A DNA stretch of 63,788 nt, filler included, from Octopus bimaculoides (lineage: Eukaryota): NCBI RefSeq assembly GCF_001194135.2. It is 8 parts of 7 records of this genome, joined end to end, with 100 filler letters (N's around TTAATTAATTAA, not from the genome) between each part and the next. Parts side by side here need not be neighbours in the genome. Positions count along the whole stretch, not along the records: positions 1 to 28,366 come from NC_068992.1; 7 more parts are not named here. One strand, 5' to 3'. Positions 13,403-24,538 of the stretch are shown here, piece by piece. The notes beneath the pieces were generated by a model. That model had not been told where the DNA came from, made no database searches, and was given only the letters and a program-made list of their open reading frames with translations. The translations under genes and the position numbers were made by a program. Each line of letters begins with the position of its first letter. Position 1 is the stretch's first letter.

Positions 13403-13617
13403 GTTGTTGTACTTGGGGATGGTCATATTGCCAGTTTAGCCAATAAAAACACACGCACTGTATATTTGGTGTTAATTTGCTTCAGCTTTATATTACATTA
13501 ATCTTAATCTTATTTCGGCCAGAGTTCTTTCGTCACACTTCTGTCACCTCATCAGTGGTCCTTTGTTTCCTTCTTTCTTATGTGTGTCTCACCTTGCTAA
13601 CTATCAGCCATTTTGTC
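13403..13617 (-). mobile_element. ~215-bp Penelope pseudo-LTR/retrozyme-like element embedded in (TA)n
   Basis: Non-repetitive block between TA runs; carries a hammerhead motif (next feature). Confidence 0.6.
13517..13561 (-). ncRNA. Minimal type-I hammerhead ribozyme motif, near intact
   Basis: Minus strand GGACCA-CUGAUGA-g-GUGACA(GAAG)UGUGAC-GAAA-GAAC-UC|UGGCC: full core, 6-bp stem II with one mismatch, CUC cleavage triplet, bulged stem I. Confidence 0.65.
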
Positions 13618-13691
13618 TATATATATATTTATATATATATATATATATTTATGTGTATGTATGTACATATATATATATATGTATACATATA

Positions 13692-13729
<38 letters not shown>

Positions 13730-15339
13730 CATATATATGTGTATATATATACACACACTTTATTTTTATTAAAGCTGCAAAAAACATCACAAAAATACAA
13801 TAATGAACTGCTACTCGGAGTTTCCCGTTCCCGTTCGTCGGACAGTTTAGATTGAATTCATACATACATACATACATACATACATGCATGTACGTATGTA
13901 TACATGTATACACATACACTTGGATCTATTACAACTTATTGAAAACTTATTGTCTCTGTTTTAATGCTGGTGTAAAAACACGAAAAGATAATTATTGTTT
14001 TTTCTTCGATTATTTTCCCTCCACTTAAAATTTTCCAGCATAAATATCTAGTCTCATTCACAATTACAATCATATATTTCTCTGCAGAAGCAGCTTTACA
14101 CAGCTGTGCAAAACTGGCGAAAATCCAAACTTATTTCTCATATTAGACTCATCTCCAAGGAAATATTCGGAAGAATGAATCAGAATCAGTAGATCAATAT
14201 CTTTAATTTTTTCTTGTCTCGATTTATTTTCTTTTTTTCTTTCTTTTCTTCCCGCCCGTATTCTATTTCAGTATTTCATAAAAGAATTCAAATTGCTTAA
14301 ATTTGGATATTAATGCATTCGTGTGCTTTGGGCCAGTTCACGAAAATTCATTTCAAAACGATTCATTGCTTCCATCGTTTTCCAATTTAGCAAGGTATTG
14401 TTTTTCTATTATTTTTCCTTCAGTTTTTTTTTTGTATAATTCTAGCTGCGTGGTAAGTTGAAACCGATGTGGAAGAATTTCCGAACAAAGCATCCTATAA
14501 TCCAGAATGAACGAACAGCACTTAGATGATGTCAATACGGATGAATCGGTAACCAATGCTCGATGGAATGTACTAAGGACAGGCATTATATTAGACAGTT
14601 CCAGTATGAAAACAAAAAAATACAATCTAAAAATACCCGGAATTCTTCAATGTTATATCATTTGTTTTTTCGGTTGTAATATTGATATTCTTTAAAACAA
14701 TATATATAAGATTTCATAAAAAATAATCGTACAGTAAAGAAATGTAGTATGTGAATTTCTTGCTTTTTTTCATATCTTTCGTATTCTATGTTACAAGTTA
14801 TATTTTGCGCTATGCATTCACCGGGAAGGTCGGAAAAAATACTCTCACGTGACCACACATAGACATATACACATGCACACATACACAAGCACAGACATAC
14901 ATGCATATACGCAGAAATACCTATCGTTGGAGAATTTTGAGTCACTCGATGATAAAAAAAAGAATGCAACAAAATACTAAATCCAATGCAATGTTCTGAG
15001 CCCTTAGAACGATAAAAAACCGAAAAAAATGAAAATATAAAGAGAAAAATAAATAAATTTATAATTTAGGAAGAATTTCAGCAGTCTTCAAGGGTAGATG
15101 GAACTAAATCGATCGGTCCTAGTTCATGACTGATACATTTATTTTTCTTTAACCCAAGAAATGAATGACAAGGTTTACCTTGACGGTAATTGAGCTCAGA
15201 ATGTAAGGCAATGTAATAAAATGTAGTTAAAAATTTTAATCCTTTCCAATTTAAGCTCAAATCCATATATCTTGAGTGAATGGAATTAGTCAATTTTATA
15301 GCCTGCAGTCCTTCAATGGTACTAAATTTCTTCACCTCA

Positions 15340-15545
15340 AGAATGGATGAAAGATAAAGCTAATGCCGGAAGGATAGGATCTTAGCAAGTAAAGAGCCGG
15401 AAGCAAAACCAGAATGCATTAAGTCGATGATCTAACGATTCTATACATTCATCGCCCTGGAATTTCCAGTTTGGGAGAGAGGCCAACAGTTTTGAGAGAA
15501 AAGCGTTAGTCGATTAAACGCTCTCAGTGCTTTACTGCCACTTGG
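15340..15545 (-). mobile_element. Degraded SINE family D
   Basis: GGATGAAAGATAAAGCTAAT ... CTAACGATTCTA ... GGCCAACAG ... GTCGATTAAAC. Confidence 0.5.
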
Positions 15546-15853
15546 TTTTACAGATAAATATTTGAATCAGACTAAAAATAAAATAAACACACATACAATA
15601 ATTACATGGAAACATATAACTTCAAATAGTATCGAATTATTTCTAGAAAAGAAGTAGTTTTGAAAATATGCAGACGATAGACGGCAGATAATAAGATTAA
15701 ATATTTATGCTCACTTAAACGTGGATGTTCTGTTAGAACAAACTATACTGCGGTAGTTATCAGGAGAAAAACTCTGATATTGTCTTTTGGTGCAAAATGC
15801 ACTCTAGTTTGTATCGGTAACGGGGAGACACACCCCTGTCGTCTTCAGCACCG

Positions 15854-15894
15854 ACACCACCAGATCACGTAATTTCGACCTTCTTTGGTGGTGC
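15854..15894 (-). ncRNA. Collapsed (deleted-core) hammerhead-like motif
   Basis: Minus strand GCACCACCA-aagaaggtc-GAAA-TTACGTGA-TC|TGGTGGTGT: 9-bp stem I and helix III with AUC triplet, but CUG and most of stem II are missing. Confidence 0.35.
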
Positions 15895-16062
15895 CAATGG
15901 TGAACGCTCGACCACTAGAGAGAGCAGCAACTAACCCCCCTCCCCGCCAGCGATATATAGAATAAAAGCGCCATATCGAGATTACCGAGTGAGCTTGTTA
16001 AAAATATTTATTAGCAATGAAAGCAATATTAATGCGGAAAGGAAATACTTATTCCTACTTCA

Positions 16063-16270
16063 AGGCGGCGAGCTGGCGGAATCGTTAGCACGACGAGCAA
16101 AATACTTAACGCATGTCGTCTGCCTTTACGTTTTGCGTTCAGACTCCGCCGAGGACGACTTTGCATTTCATCCTTTCGGGGTTAATAAAATAAATACCAG
16201 TTAAACACCTGGGTCGATATAATCGACTTACACCGCTCCCAAATTTCCTGGCCTTGTGCCAAAATTCGTA
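16063..16270 (+). mobile_element. SINE family D, near full length
   Basis: GGCGGCGAGCTGGCGGAATCGTTAGC head; tail AAATTTCCTGGCCTTGTGCCAAAATTCG. Confidence 0.8.
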
Positions 16271-16894
16271 ATCATTGTTTATGTTCATTTAAATGTGGAT
16301 GTTCTCTTAGAACAAACTATACTATGATAGAAAGATGAAAATGCTTACAGCAACGCGCAAGTACTAAAACGTTAGTAGAATACGTCACAATGTACGGAAA
16401 TATCTGAATATTAAAACGTGTCTCGTTGCACCAAACGAAATATCGTTCGTGTAGAATAGTTTACAACGTAGGTTCATATCTTGGTATTTATTTGAATCAT
16501 AAATATTTCTGAACTATTACCAACTTTAAATCACATTGTAAAATAATAGATTTGTGCATTACAATACTACAAAGTAGAGAATTATATTCCAACGATATCA
16601 GTACAACACCTAATATTTACTCTAACTGGGGTCACTTTTCTTACTGATAAGTATGTATGTATATCTGTATGTATGTATGTATGTATGTATTGTATTTATT
16701 GTACACGCCCTCTTGTTTGCGGTTTTTATTCGTTTATTTGAATTGACTATATATACATATGTGTGTGTACGTGTGTATGTGTGTGTGTGTGTGAGACCAT
16801 AAGTCAGGGGAAAATGCACTCGTACATCAGTCAATGGAGTGGGTATATTAATGGAAGTGTATAGTATTATATATACATTACAAGCAATCTTCCC

Positions 16895-16976
16895 AATTTG
16901 TTTCGCGCTAGAAATTCACCAGAGTGTTGGGTAACAGTCCGATTATGTAATCCTGCGCTCATCAGAGGTACCTCTG
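16895..16976 (-). ncRNA. Hammerhead-like core without cleavage site
   Basis: Minus strand CUGAUGA-GCGC...GCGC-GAAA-CAAAUUG; NUH and stem I absent; 14-bp palindrome CAGAGGTACCTCTG at 16963-16976. Confidence 0.3.
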
Positions 16977-18657
16977 TACACATCGATTAATATGTATGTG
17001 TGTGTTTTTCTGTTTATTTGTTTGTGTGTGTGTGTGTGTGTGTTGGTTATGTGTCTTGTAGTCATATTTCTCATTACCACAATTCCTGACAGCTGACGTC
17101 TGTTTATTTAAGACCCTGCAACTTGTTAGTTCGGGAAGACAGAACGATACCAGGTTTTAGAAATGCCCCAGACTTTGTTCAACCAAAACGCTTTAAGGTG
17201 CTACCCCAACGTGGCCGCAGTCCGCGCGCCAATCAGAGACAGTTCTCACACACTTGGTTAACAATTCAAATAAATAACTAAGTACAAATAAGTTCAATGT
17301 AAAATGTCCATATAACTGAAAATCCAAATGATCCATTTAATAAAATTATTTCATGTGGAGTATGTAAACCAATAAAGTCAGGAGGTGAATATGTATTTAT
17401 TTAACCACGCGAATTCTATAAGATTAGGGTCGTTTGCAAACTTCTTCATGTAATATTGATTACACTGTGGGAAACCGTGTGGCGATCCATACTGAAATTA
17501 ATATTAAGAGTGAAGAGGGCTGAAAATGGCTTCAATCCAATGGAAGTCACATCATTAAATAGATATATGTCCGCCCTCACATACTTCGTGCATTAATGGC
17601 TTTACATATAAATATGTACGTATATGTGCACATGGACACACATCTAGTAACATACATTTATGGAATGTATCTGGCTGGTTTGATATGAAATACAGAAATA
17701 GAGAAATAAAGCACTATCTTTTCTACCGAAAGAACGGTGCCTGTTTTTGGTTAGATAAGAATGTATTAAATTGAGATACTGAGTAAATTTGATTCTTAAA
17801 GCCTCGTTGGATGTTATATAGAAAAGTGATAAGGACGAATTGAGATTCTTGTTTTGTTATTTTATGAATTCCTCAAGAAATCGAAATTTCATTTATATGT
17901 TAATGTGGCATTATAATCAAGATAAACTAGAAATTATTTATAATGGGCAATCCAATTATATCATTGTGTTTATCAGCCAACCCACTTGAATAGTGCCAAA
18001 ACACACACATACTCAACCACACATACTCAACCACACATACACACACAAACACACACATGCAACCACTTACACACACAAACACACACACGAACACGCAAAT
18101 ACATACATACGTACATGCATATATAGGGGAAGGCGGAGGTGTCCAATTGGAGAATCGACAAAATGATGTGTAGATTGATTTGCGTTAATCACTGCAGCTA
18201 TCTGTATAGTGAACCAAAAACCAGCCCGCGGTCATATCCACTTTTAATCTCACGGACGAAGATATAAATCGGCAATTCTGAACCGAGGTCAACTCCAAAC
18301 TCGTTCGTTCGATTCCTTACTTGACCTGGAATTGTCTGTGATGGGATTTGGAGACGACGGTCTATGTTAGGTTTAAAAGTGCTCGTGACACGTTGTGAGC
18401 AACGAGATCACCCTATCTACCCAATCAAGGACTCAGGAACAAAACCCACAAGATTTACAAACAAATGTATAGATGTACTTACGAGCATATACATGTATGT
18501 TTTTGTGTAACTTTTTATTTAATATCCTTACTCTGTCTATCTGACTGTTGCAAATAATGTATATGTGCATGTGCGTGAGTATATGTATGCATATATACAT
18601 ATATATATATATATATATGTTTATATATGTGTGTATATTAAGAATAATATATACATG

Positions 18658-18688
<31 letters not shown>

Positions 18689-19071
18689 NNNNNNNNNNNN
18701 NNNNNNTCGATACGCGGAGTAGTTTAAACAGGGACAACTGACGAAGGGGTATACTCTTTATCTTGCATGTCTCGTTTCTTGTTTGTTTTTTTTTCGTTGT
18801 TGGAAAACATTTCGTTTTCGTGTTTATGTATTCGTTTCTCATTGTGTCTAACGTTATTGTTTTGATGTGCTGTACCCATATATGCATGTATGTATACATA
18901 TAGATGTAGGTATGTACATATATGTATGGAGATATGCATATATTTATATATTATTTATGCATATATATATATATATGTATGTATATTAGAGGAAAAGGAC
19001 AACAAAAACCAAGGCAGGACGAGTATCTCAAGTTATTTATAATAATTTAATCAGGCTAAGGTGAATTTGAA

Positions 19072-19135
19072 GTCTTAAAGCTGTTTCTGGGATAGCCTAG
19101 AATGTCAGCACACTGGGTATTCTGTCATCAGAGAC
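19072..19135 (-). ncRNA. Type-I hammerhead motif, left arm
   Basis: GUCU-CUGAUGA-...-GAAA-C-AGCU-U-UA|AGAC: perfect 4-bp stem I; helix III has a C.U mismatch. Confidence 0.5.
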
Positions 19136-19231
19136 AAAGTATGTACGAAAGATGTGGACATGGAAATTAACAGTTTATGAGGAATGTATTCTTCAATCTA
19201 CTTTCACTCTTTATTCTTCTATGCTCACCTT

Positions 19232-19307
19232 GTCTCTGAAGACGAAATACTCAGTGTACGAGCATGCTAGTCTGTCACTGGGGTCTTCTCAGAAACAGCT
19301 GTAAGGC
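19232..19307 (+). ncRNA. Type-I hammerhead motif, right arm
   Basis: GUCU-CUGAAGA-long stem II (CAGTG/CACTG core)-GAAA-C-AGCU-G-UA|AGGC: palindromic CAGCUG helix III, GUA triplet, 4-bp stem I with one G.U. Confidence 0.55.
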
Positions 19308-19717
19308 TTCAAATTCATCTTACCCCAATTAAATTAATATGAATATCTTGAGATACTCGTCCTGATTAGGTTTTTGTTATACATTTTCTTTAAATGTATA
19401 TATTTAACGAGAAGCCTAATACGGATCCCTAGCTGCAGCCTTATCTGTGAAAACTGAACGTAACGTATGGCCAATTACAGCACATACCCAGGGTACCTAT
19501 TCGATCAGATAAGATCACCAGTGAGCTAAATCCCTCATATTCTCTGTCTCTCTCTTCTCTTCTGTTTTTCTTAAGTTCTTCCTCTGAGGAAGGAGCGGGT
19601 TTGTAACAAAGATATAAAGTTCCATTGTTGGACTATCACTAGTTACGCGAGTTCTGCTAGTTAAGTTTCTGCATGAACTACTGTTGAAGTGATTGCTCAG
19701 ATTATACTTACCCCTCC

Positions 19718-19749
<32 letters not shown>

Positions 19750-20143
19750 NNNNNNNNNNNNNNNNNNNNNNNNNNNNNNNNNNNNNNNNNNNNNNNNNNN
19801 NNNNNNNNNNNNNNNNNNNNNNNNNNNNNNNNNNNNNNNNNNNNNNNNNNNNNNNNNNNNNNNNNNNNNNNNNNNNNNNNNNNNNNNNNNNNNNNNNNNN
19901 NNNNNNNNNNNNNNNNNNNNNNNNNNNNNNNNNNNNNNNNNNNNNNNNNNNNNNNNNNNNNNNNNNNNNNNNNNNNNNNNNNNNNNNNNNNNNNNNNNNN
20001 NNNNNNNNNNNNNNNNNNNNNNNNNNNNNNNNNNNNNNNNNNNNNNNNNNNNNNNNNNNNNNNNNNNNNNNNNNNNNNNNNNNNNNNNNNNNNNNNNNNN
20101 NNNNNNNNNNNNNNNNNNNNNNNNNNNNNTATATATATATATA

Positions 20144-20175
<32 letters not shown>

Positions 20176-20264
20176 ATAATGGACTCTCCCGTCGTTAGAA
20201 AATGTATGAGAGTTCGACAATTTCTTCACACACAGATGATTTGTTTATAGTGATTAAATGTTTG

Positions 20265-20460
20265 GGTAGACATAACCTCACACCCTCTATCAGATCGACA
20301 TTACCTGTAGAGGTACAACGGGTGCCACATGTCAGATGTCGAAATGATCACAGAGCAAGTGCTTTGCTCAAGAACACAATGCAACGCGCGATCTGGGAAT
20401 CGAACCCACCGCATCGCAATCGTGAGTGCAACACCTAAACCACCAAGCCATGTGCCTTCA
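20265..20460 (-). mobile_element. tRNA-headed SINE with CORE-like segment
   Basis: Minus strand TGAAGGCACATGGCTTGGTGG (A box) ... GGTTCGATTCCC (B box) ... TGTGTTCTTGAGCAAAGCACTT. Confidence 0.7.
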
Positions 20461-21489
20461 CATACATACATAGCATATGGTATAATTATAAACATGGCAC
20501 ATTTTAACCATTTCTCTGTAGACCGAAAAAATGATGAGCAACCTTAATCGATTTTCATACCTTATTGGGTTCTTAATAGAGGCGTCTACATCATTGTGAC
20601 AGTCTTCCGAGAAACAAGCACCCAAACTGCTTATGTACTCAACAAATGCAGCAGTTACACTATGGAGTTCCTAATTTGCATATCGAAAGTGTATAACATT
20701 CTATAAATACTACCGATGTGTGTGTGTTTGTATCATATGTATACATTTATGTATGCATGTACGTATCTACACATAAGCATACGTATTTATATTAAACAGA
20801 GTAGGGATATTAAATACATAGATACATAAATAAATACATTTATCAATATATGCTTGTATGAATATTTATATATGTTTATGCTGTGAAATTATTGGAAGCA
20901 TCTGTATAACGTTCATTTTTTTTTTTAACATCTGATTTTTTTAATCTGGACTTTTAGATATTGTGATATGAATATTTTGAAGTATGTGGCGTGTTTTAAT
21001 CACAGTATCAGACTTTCTGGCTTTGCTAGTGTCGACTATCTTTAATATTACTGAGTTCATCAACACTATTACCAAGATATATAGTTTGTTTGTTGGTTTG
21101 ATCTTTTAGTGAGGATTATGTTCGAATGAAGTTATTATATTTTTTAATGATTCTTCTGTCTTCATTATAAATTTCGCTTTATTTTATTGTATTTTCATAC
21201 AGTGAATGCACATTCACAGATTTAAGCGGACATTCATATCTGCATTGGAAAAATATAGAAAAATAAAACGCTAGCTGAGCTGAATATTTTGAAACTAAAG
21301 AAAGGCTTTAAACGAATCTGATGGATATAATTGAAGTCATTCACGTACAAAGAGAACTCTTGTTCTTCTTTGTTAACAAATAATTAGAAATTGTGGGATT
21401 TTCACAATGATAGGAACCCCGTTTCTCACATGAACATAGAAATTTTTTCTACATAAACATTCAAATAGACACAGATACAACAATTATAA

Positions 21490-22080
21490 TCAATCTTTCA
21501 CGACATTCTTTGTCAAAATAAAGAATACCGATGTTAGTGAATTTCTGAAATCGTTCAAAGTATGCTTCTCTAAAATGTTAGAAATCGAAATTCATCCGTT
21601 TTAAAACAGAGCACAGTGAATAAACAATTTGAAAAAGTTATTCCTAAATATAGAAAAACACGAGAAAGTCATTTGGGAAATAAGTTTCATCTGGATTTCC
21701 ACGGGGCAGAGGTGGTGTCCAACAGTAGGAGCAAAAATACGGTAGCAGTCACAGCAGCAACGAAAAGACACATGGAAATTTGTTGGAGAACGAATGGCCC
21801 CTTCAAGGCTAGACTAAGTAACCACTTGACTTCAGTTAGGATCTTTTGAGAGGCGAAACGTTACAAACTACATTTGGCGATTAGTAGACGATGGAACGTC
21901 ATCCAAATTACTTGGACGCAGCTGAATAGACTGGGTTATATCTCCATGGAAGCAAATATTGTGAACTTTGCTGGTCTGAGAGGACAACGCTCTTAAAACT
22001 TCGCACGATCCGGATACCATCTTAGATTTAAGAAATGAAATTTTTAACCAATACCTACATGGCAGGACAGTCATATTCAA
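21490..22080 (+). pseudogene. Penelope-like element C-terminal/GIY-YIG remnant
   Basis: Across frameshifts: EFLKSFKVCFSK, WCPTVG, KFVGE/TNGPFKARLSNHLTS, VTNYIWRLVD, DTILDLRNEIFNQY, matching the PLE GIY-YIG layout. Confidence 0.7.
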
Positions 22081-22291
22081 AATGTCGTCTTTCCGTTTCC
22101 GCATTATTAAACGAAAATGTAAAGACAAACTAATCAATTTTGGATCCAGCTCGTCCAAAGTGAAACAATTCTTTCGTCTACGGATTTTTTAATTTCGTTT
22201 CATGCAATACAACAGTAGCCATTAAACCAATAAATTTCAAATCGGTTATATACTCTAAACAAGAATATACAACTTGACAAATGTGTATATA

Positions 22292-22357
<66 letters not shown>

Positions 22358-22766
22358 TATATATATACGCACACACACACACACTCACGCATATCTAATA
22401 TAATATAGCAATCAAGCAAATAAACGCAAGCAGGCGCAATGAGTATATTTGCATGGAATAAAATTTTAAAGAAAAACCGAATGATATCATCTCCTTGTTT
22501 GTTTGCAGCCGTAAATATGTGAGTTTTACCCCATTACTTGAGCTTGTGTATATTCCATGTAAATGTATACCTGTTTGCATTTTATCTGATTTTTGACTTC
22601 CATACCTGCTCAACGTTGATCGTTTTTCCAACCGATTTCCACCACAGGAGGCACCTATCCAAGATGAACCAGTTGCCTAATTTTACTGATTATCTCAAAC
22701 AAACTTCTTTTAGCATCGACCAACACAGTGTATATATATAATGGATGGATAGACAGACAGACAGAC

Positions 22767-22815
<49 letters not shown>

Positions 22816-23174
22816 CGTACGTATGCATATATAAGAAATTAGGATGACAAATAAACGATTATGTTATAATATTCATTACCTTACGGCTATTTCTGCTATT
22901 GGATGCAATGCATTCATATTTGAGTACTTGAACATCACTCTAGAGCTTCGACGGAGCTCCAAACATGGAATTTCATATATATTACCGTTCTCTACTCGAC
23001 CGAGTAAAAGGTTCGTTCGGAAACATATGAATAATGAGATCTAACTCCAGGATCCTTGTGTCACAATGCAAATGTGAAATGTCTATGTGTCTGTCTGTCT
23101 GCTTGGCTGTCTTTGTCTCTCTCTTTCTCTCTTTAAATATATATATGTATATGCGTGTGTGTGTATGAGTGTGT

Positions 23175-23226
<52 letters not shown>

Positions 23227-23299
23227 TTGTGTGTGTATTATCAACAGGCCGTTGGTCTTTATATTTATGACCTTAATCTACAATCTTTTCTAGATTGAC

Positions 23300-23500
23300 G
23301 GCTCAGAGACATACCCACCTTGAATTCAAACTTTTGATATTCCGATTAGAATTTCATTTGTTGATAATCTGTTGATTAATCTATATAAAATTCCTCTCTT
23401 GATTCCCAGGCAGCCTGATGAGTTGGAAGTTGTGGAATGAATTTTACAATCTGTGTTATACTTGAAATACCAGATGAACCATTCTTCTTTTTTTTTCATG
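23300..23500 (-). pseudogene. Possible Penelope RT-thumb remnant
   Basis: Minus strand ...GIKRGILYRLINRLSTNEIL... resembles the HxxxxKxGIIxGxxxRAxRICS motif; weak. Confidence 0.3.
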
Positions 23501-24322
23501 TGTAGCTTGTATTGATCATTAAATCAATTAGCTCACAAATTTACAGGAAAAGACTATGCAATGTATTACTTAAGCCAATGGCTAAGTTAATATAATGAAT
23601 TTGTGATCAGAGTCTGAAAATAATAACATATAAAGATAGCTTAAACTATTATTTTGTATATATGTGTATGTATGTANNNNNNNNNNNNNNNNNNNNNNNN
23701 NNNNNNNNNNNNNNNNNNNNNNNNNNNNNNNNNNNNNNNNNNNNNNNNNNNNNNNNNNNNNNNNNNNNNNNNNNNNNNNNNNNNNNNNNNNNNNNNNNNN
23801 NNNNNNNNNNNNNNNNNNNNNNNNNNNNNNNNNNNNNNNNNNNNNNNNNNNNNNNNNNNNNNNNNNNNNNNNNNNNNNNNNNNNNNNNNNNNNNNNNNNN
23901 NNNNNNNNNNNNNNNNNNNNNNNNNNNNNNNNNNNNNNNNNNNNNNNNNNNNNNNNNNNNNNNNNNNNNNNNNNNNNNNNNNNNNNNNNNNNNNNNNNNN
24001 NNNNNNNNNNNNNNNNNNNNNNNNNNNNNNNNNNNNNNNNNNNNNNNNNNNNNNNNNNNNNNNNNNNNNNNNNNNNNNNNNNNNNNNNNNNNNNNNNNNN
24101 NNNNNNNNNNNNNNNNNNNNNNNNNNNNNNNNNNNNNNNNNNNNNNNNNNNNNNNNNNNNNNNNNNNNNNNNNNNNNNNNNNNNNNNNNNNNNNNNNNNN
24201 NNNNNNNNNNNNNNNNNNNNNNNNNNNNNNNNNNNNNNNNNNNNNNNNNNNNNNNNNATATATATATATATATATATATAAATATATGTGAGTGTGTGTG
24301 TATAAATAAATGCACGCACGTA

Positions 24323-24538
24323 TGAAGGGGTGCTGAAAACCTTCTGACTTTAAGGATGTCGCGAAAGGCCTAGATGTAGCCCGACCGTCCGAGTTCTTTT
24401 ATAGGGCTTAGAAAAACTGAGGGACAGCTAAAATAAGCGTGCAAAACTGATACGGGAATATGTTGAATAAAATCATAATTAACTGATTCTCCTGTATATT
24501 CTTTTACCAATAACCAGGAACTTTTCAGCACCCCATCG
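24323..24538 (+). mobile_element. Mariner-derived MITE, TA TSD
   Basis: TIRs GAAGGGGTGCTGAAAA / TTTTCAGCACCCCATC; internal LEKLRDS*NKRAKLIREYVE* matches the mariner C-terminus (KLxxRWxKCIxxxGxYVE). Confidence 0.8.

Larger units (their letters stand above)
18981..19400. mobile_element. Inverted pair of Penelope-like pseudo-LTRs (arms about 18981-19143 and 19225-19400)
   Basis: Arms are clear reverse complements (GGACGAGTATCTCAAG / CTTGAGATACTCGTCC; TGAATTTGAAG / CTTCAAATTCA); each arm holds a hammerhead motif; TA-rich flanks. Confidence 0.75.

Noticed and set aside
18728-18800. CTGACGA hammerhead half-core in a short TA-embedded element (also CTGAGGA near 19584)
   Set aside because: No correctly placed stem II/GAAA/NUH; may be truncated pseudo-LTRs but unsupported as ribozymes.
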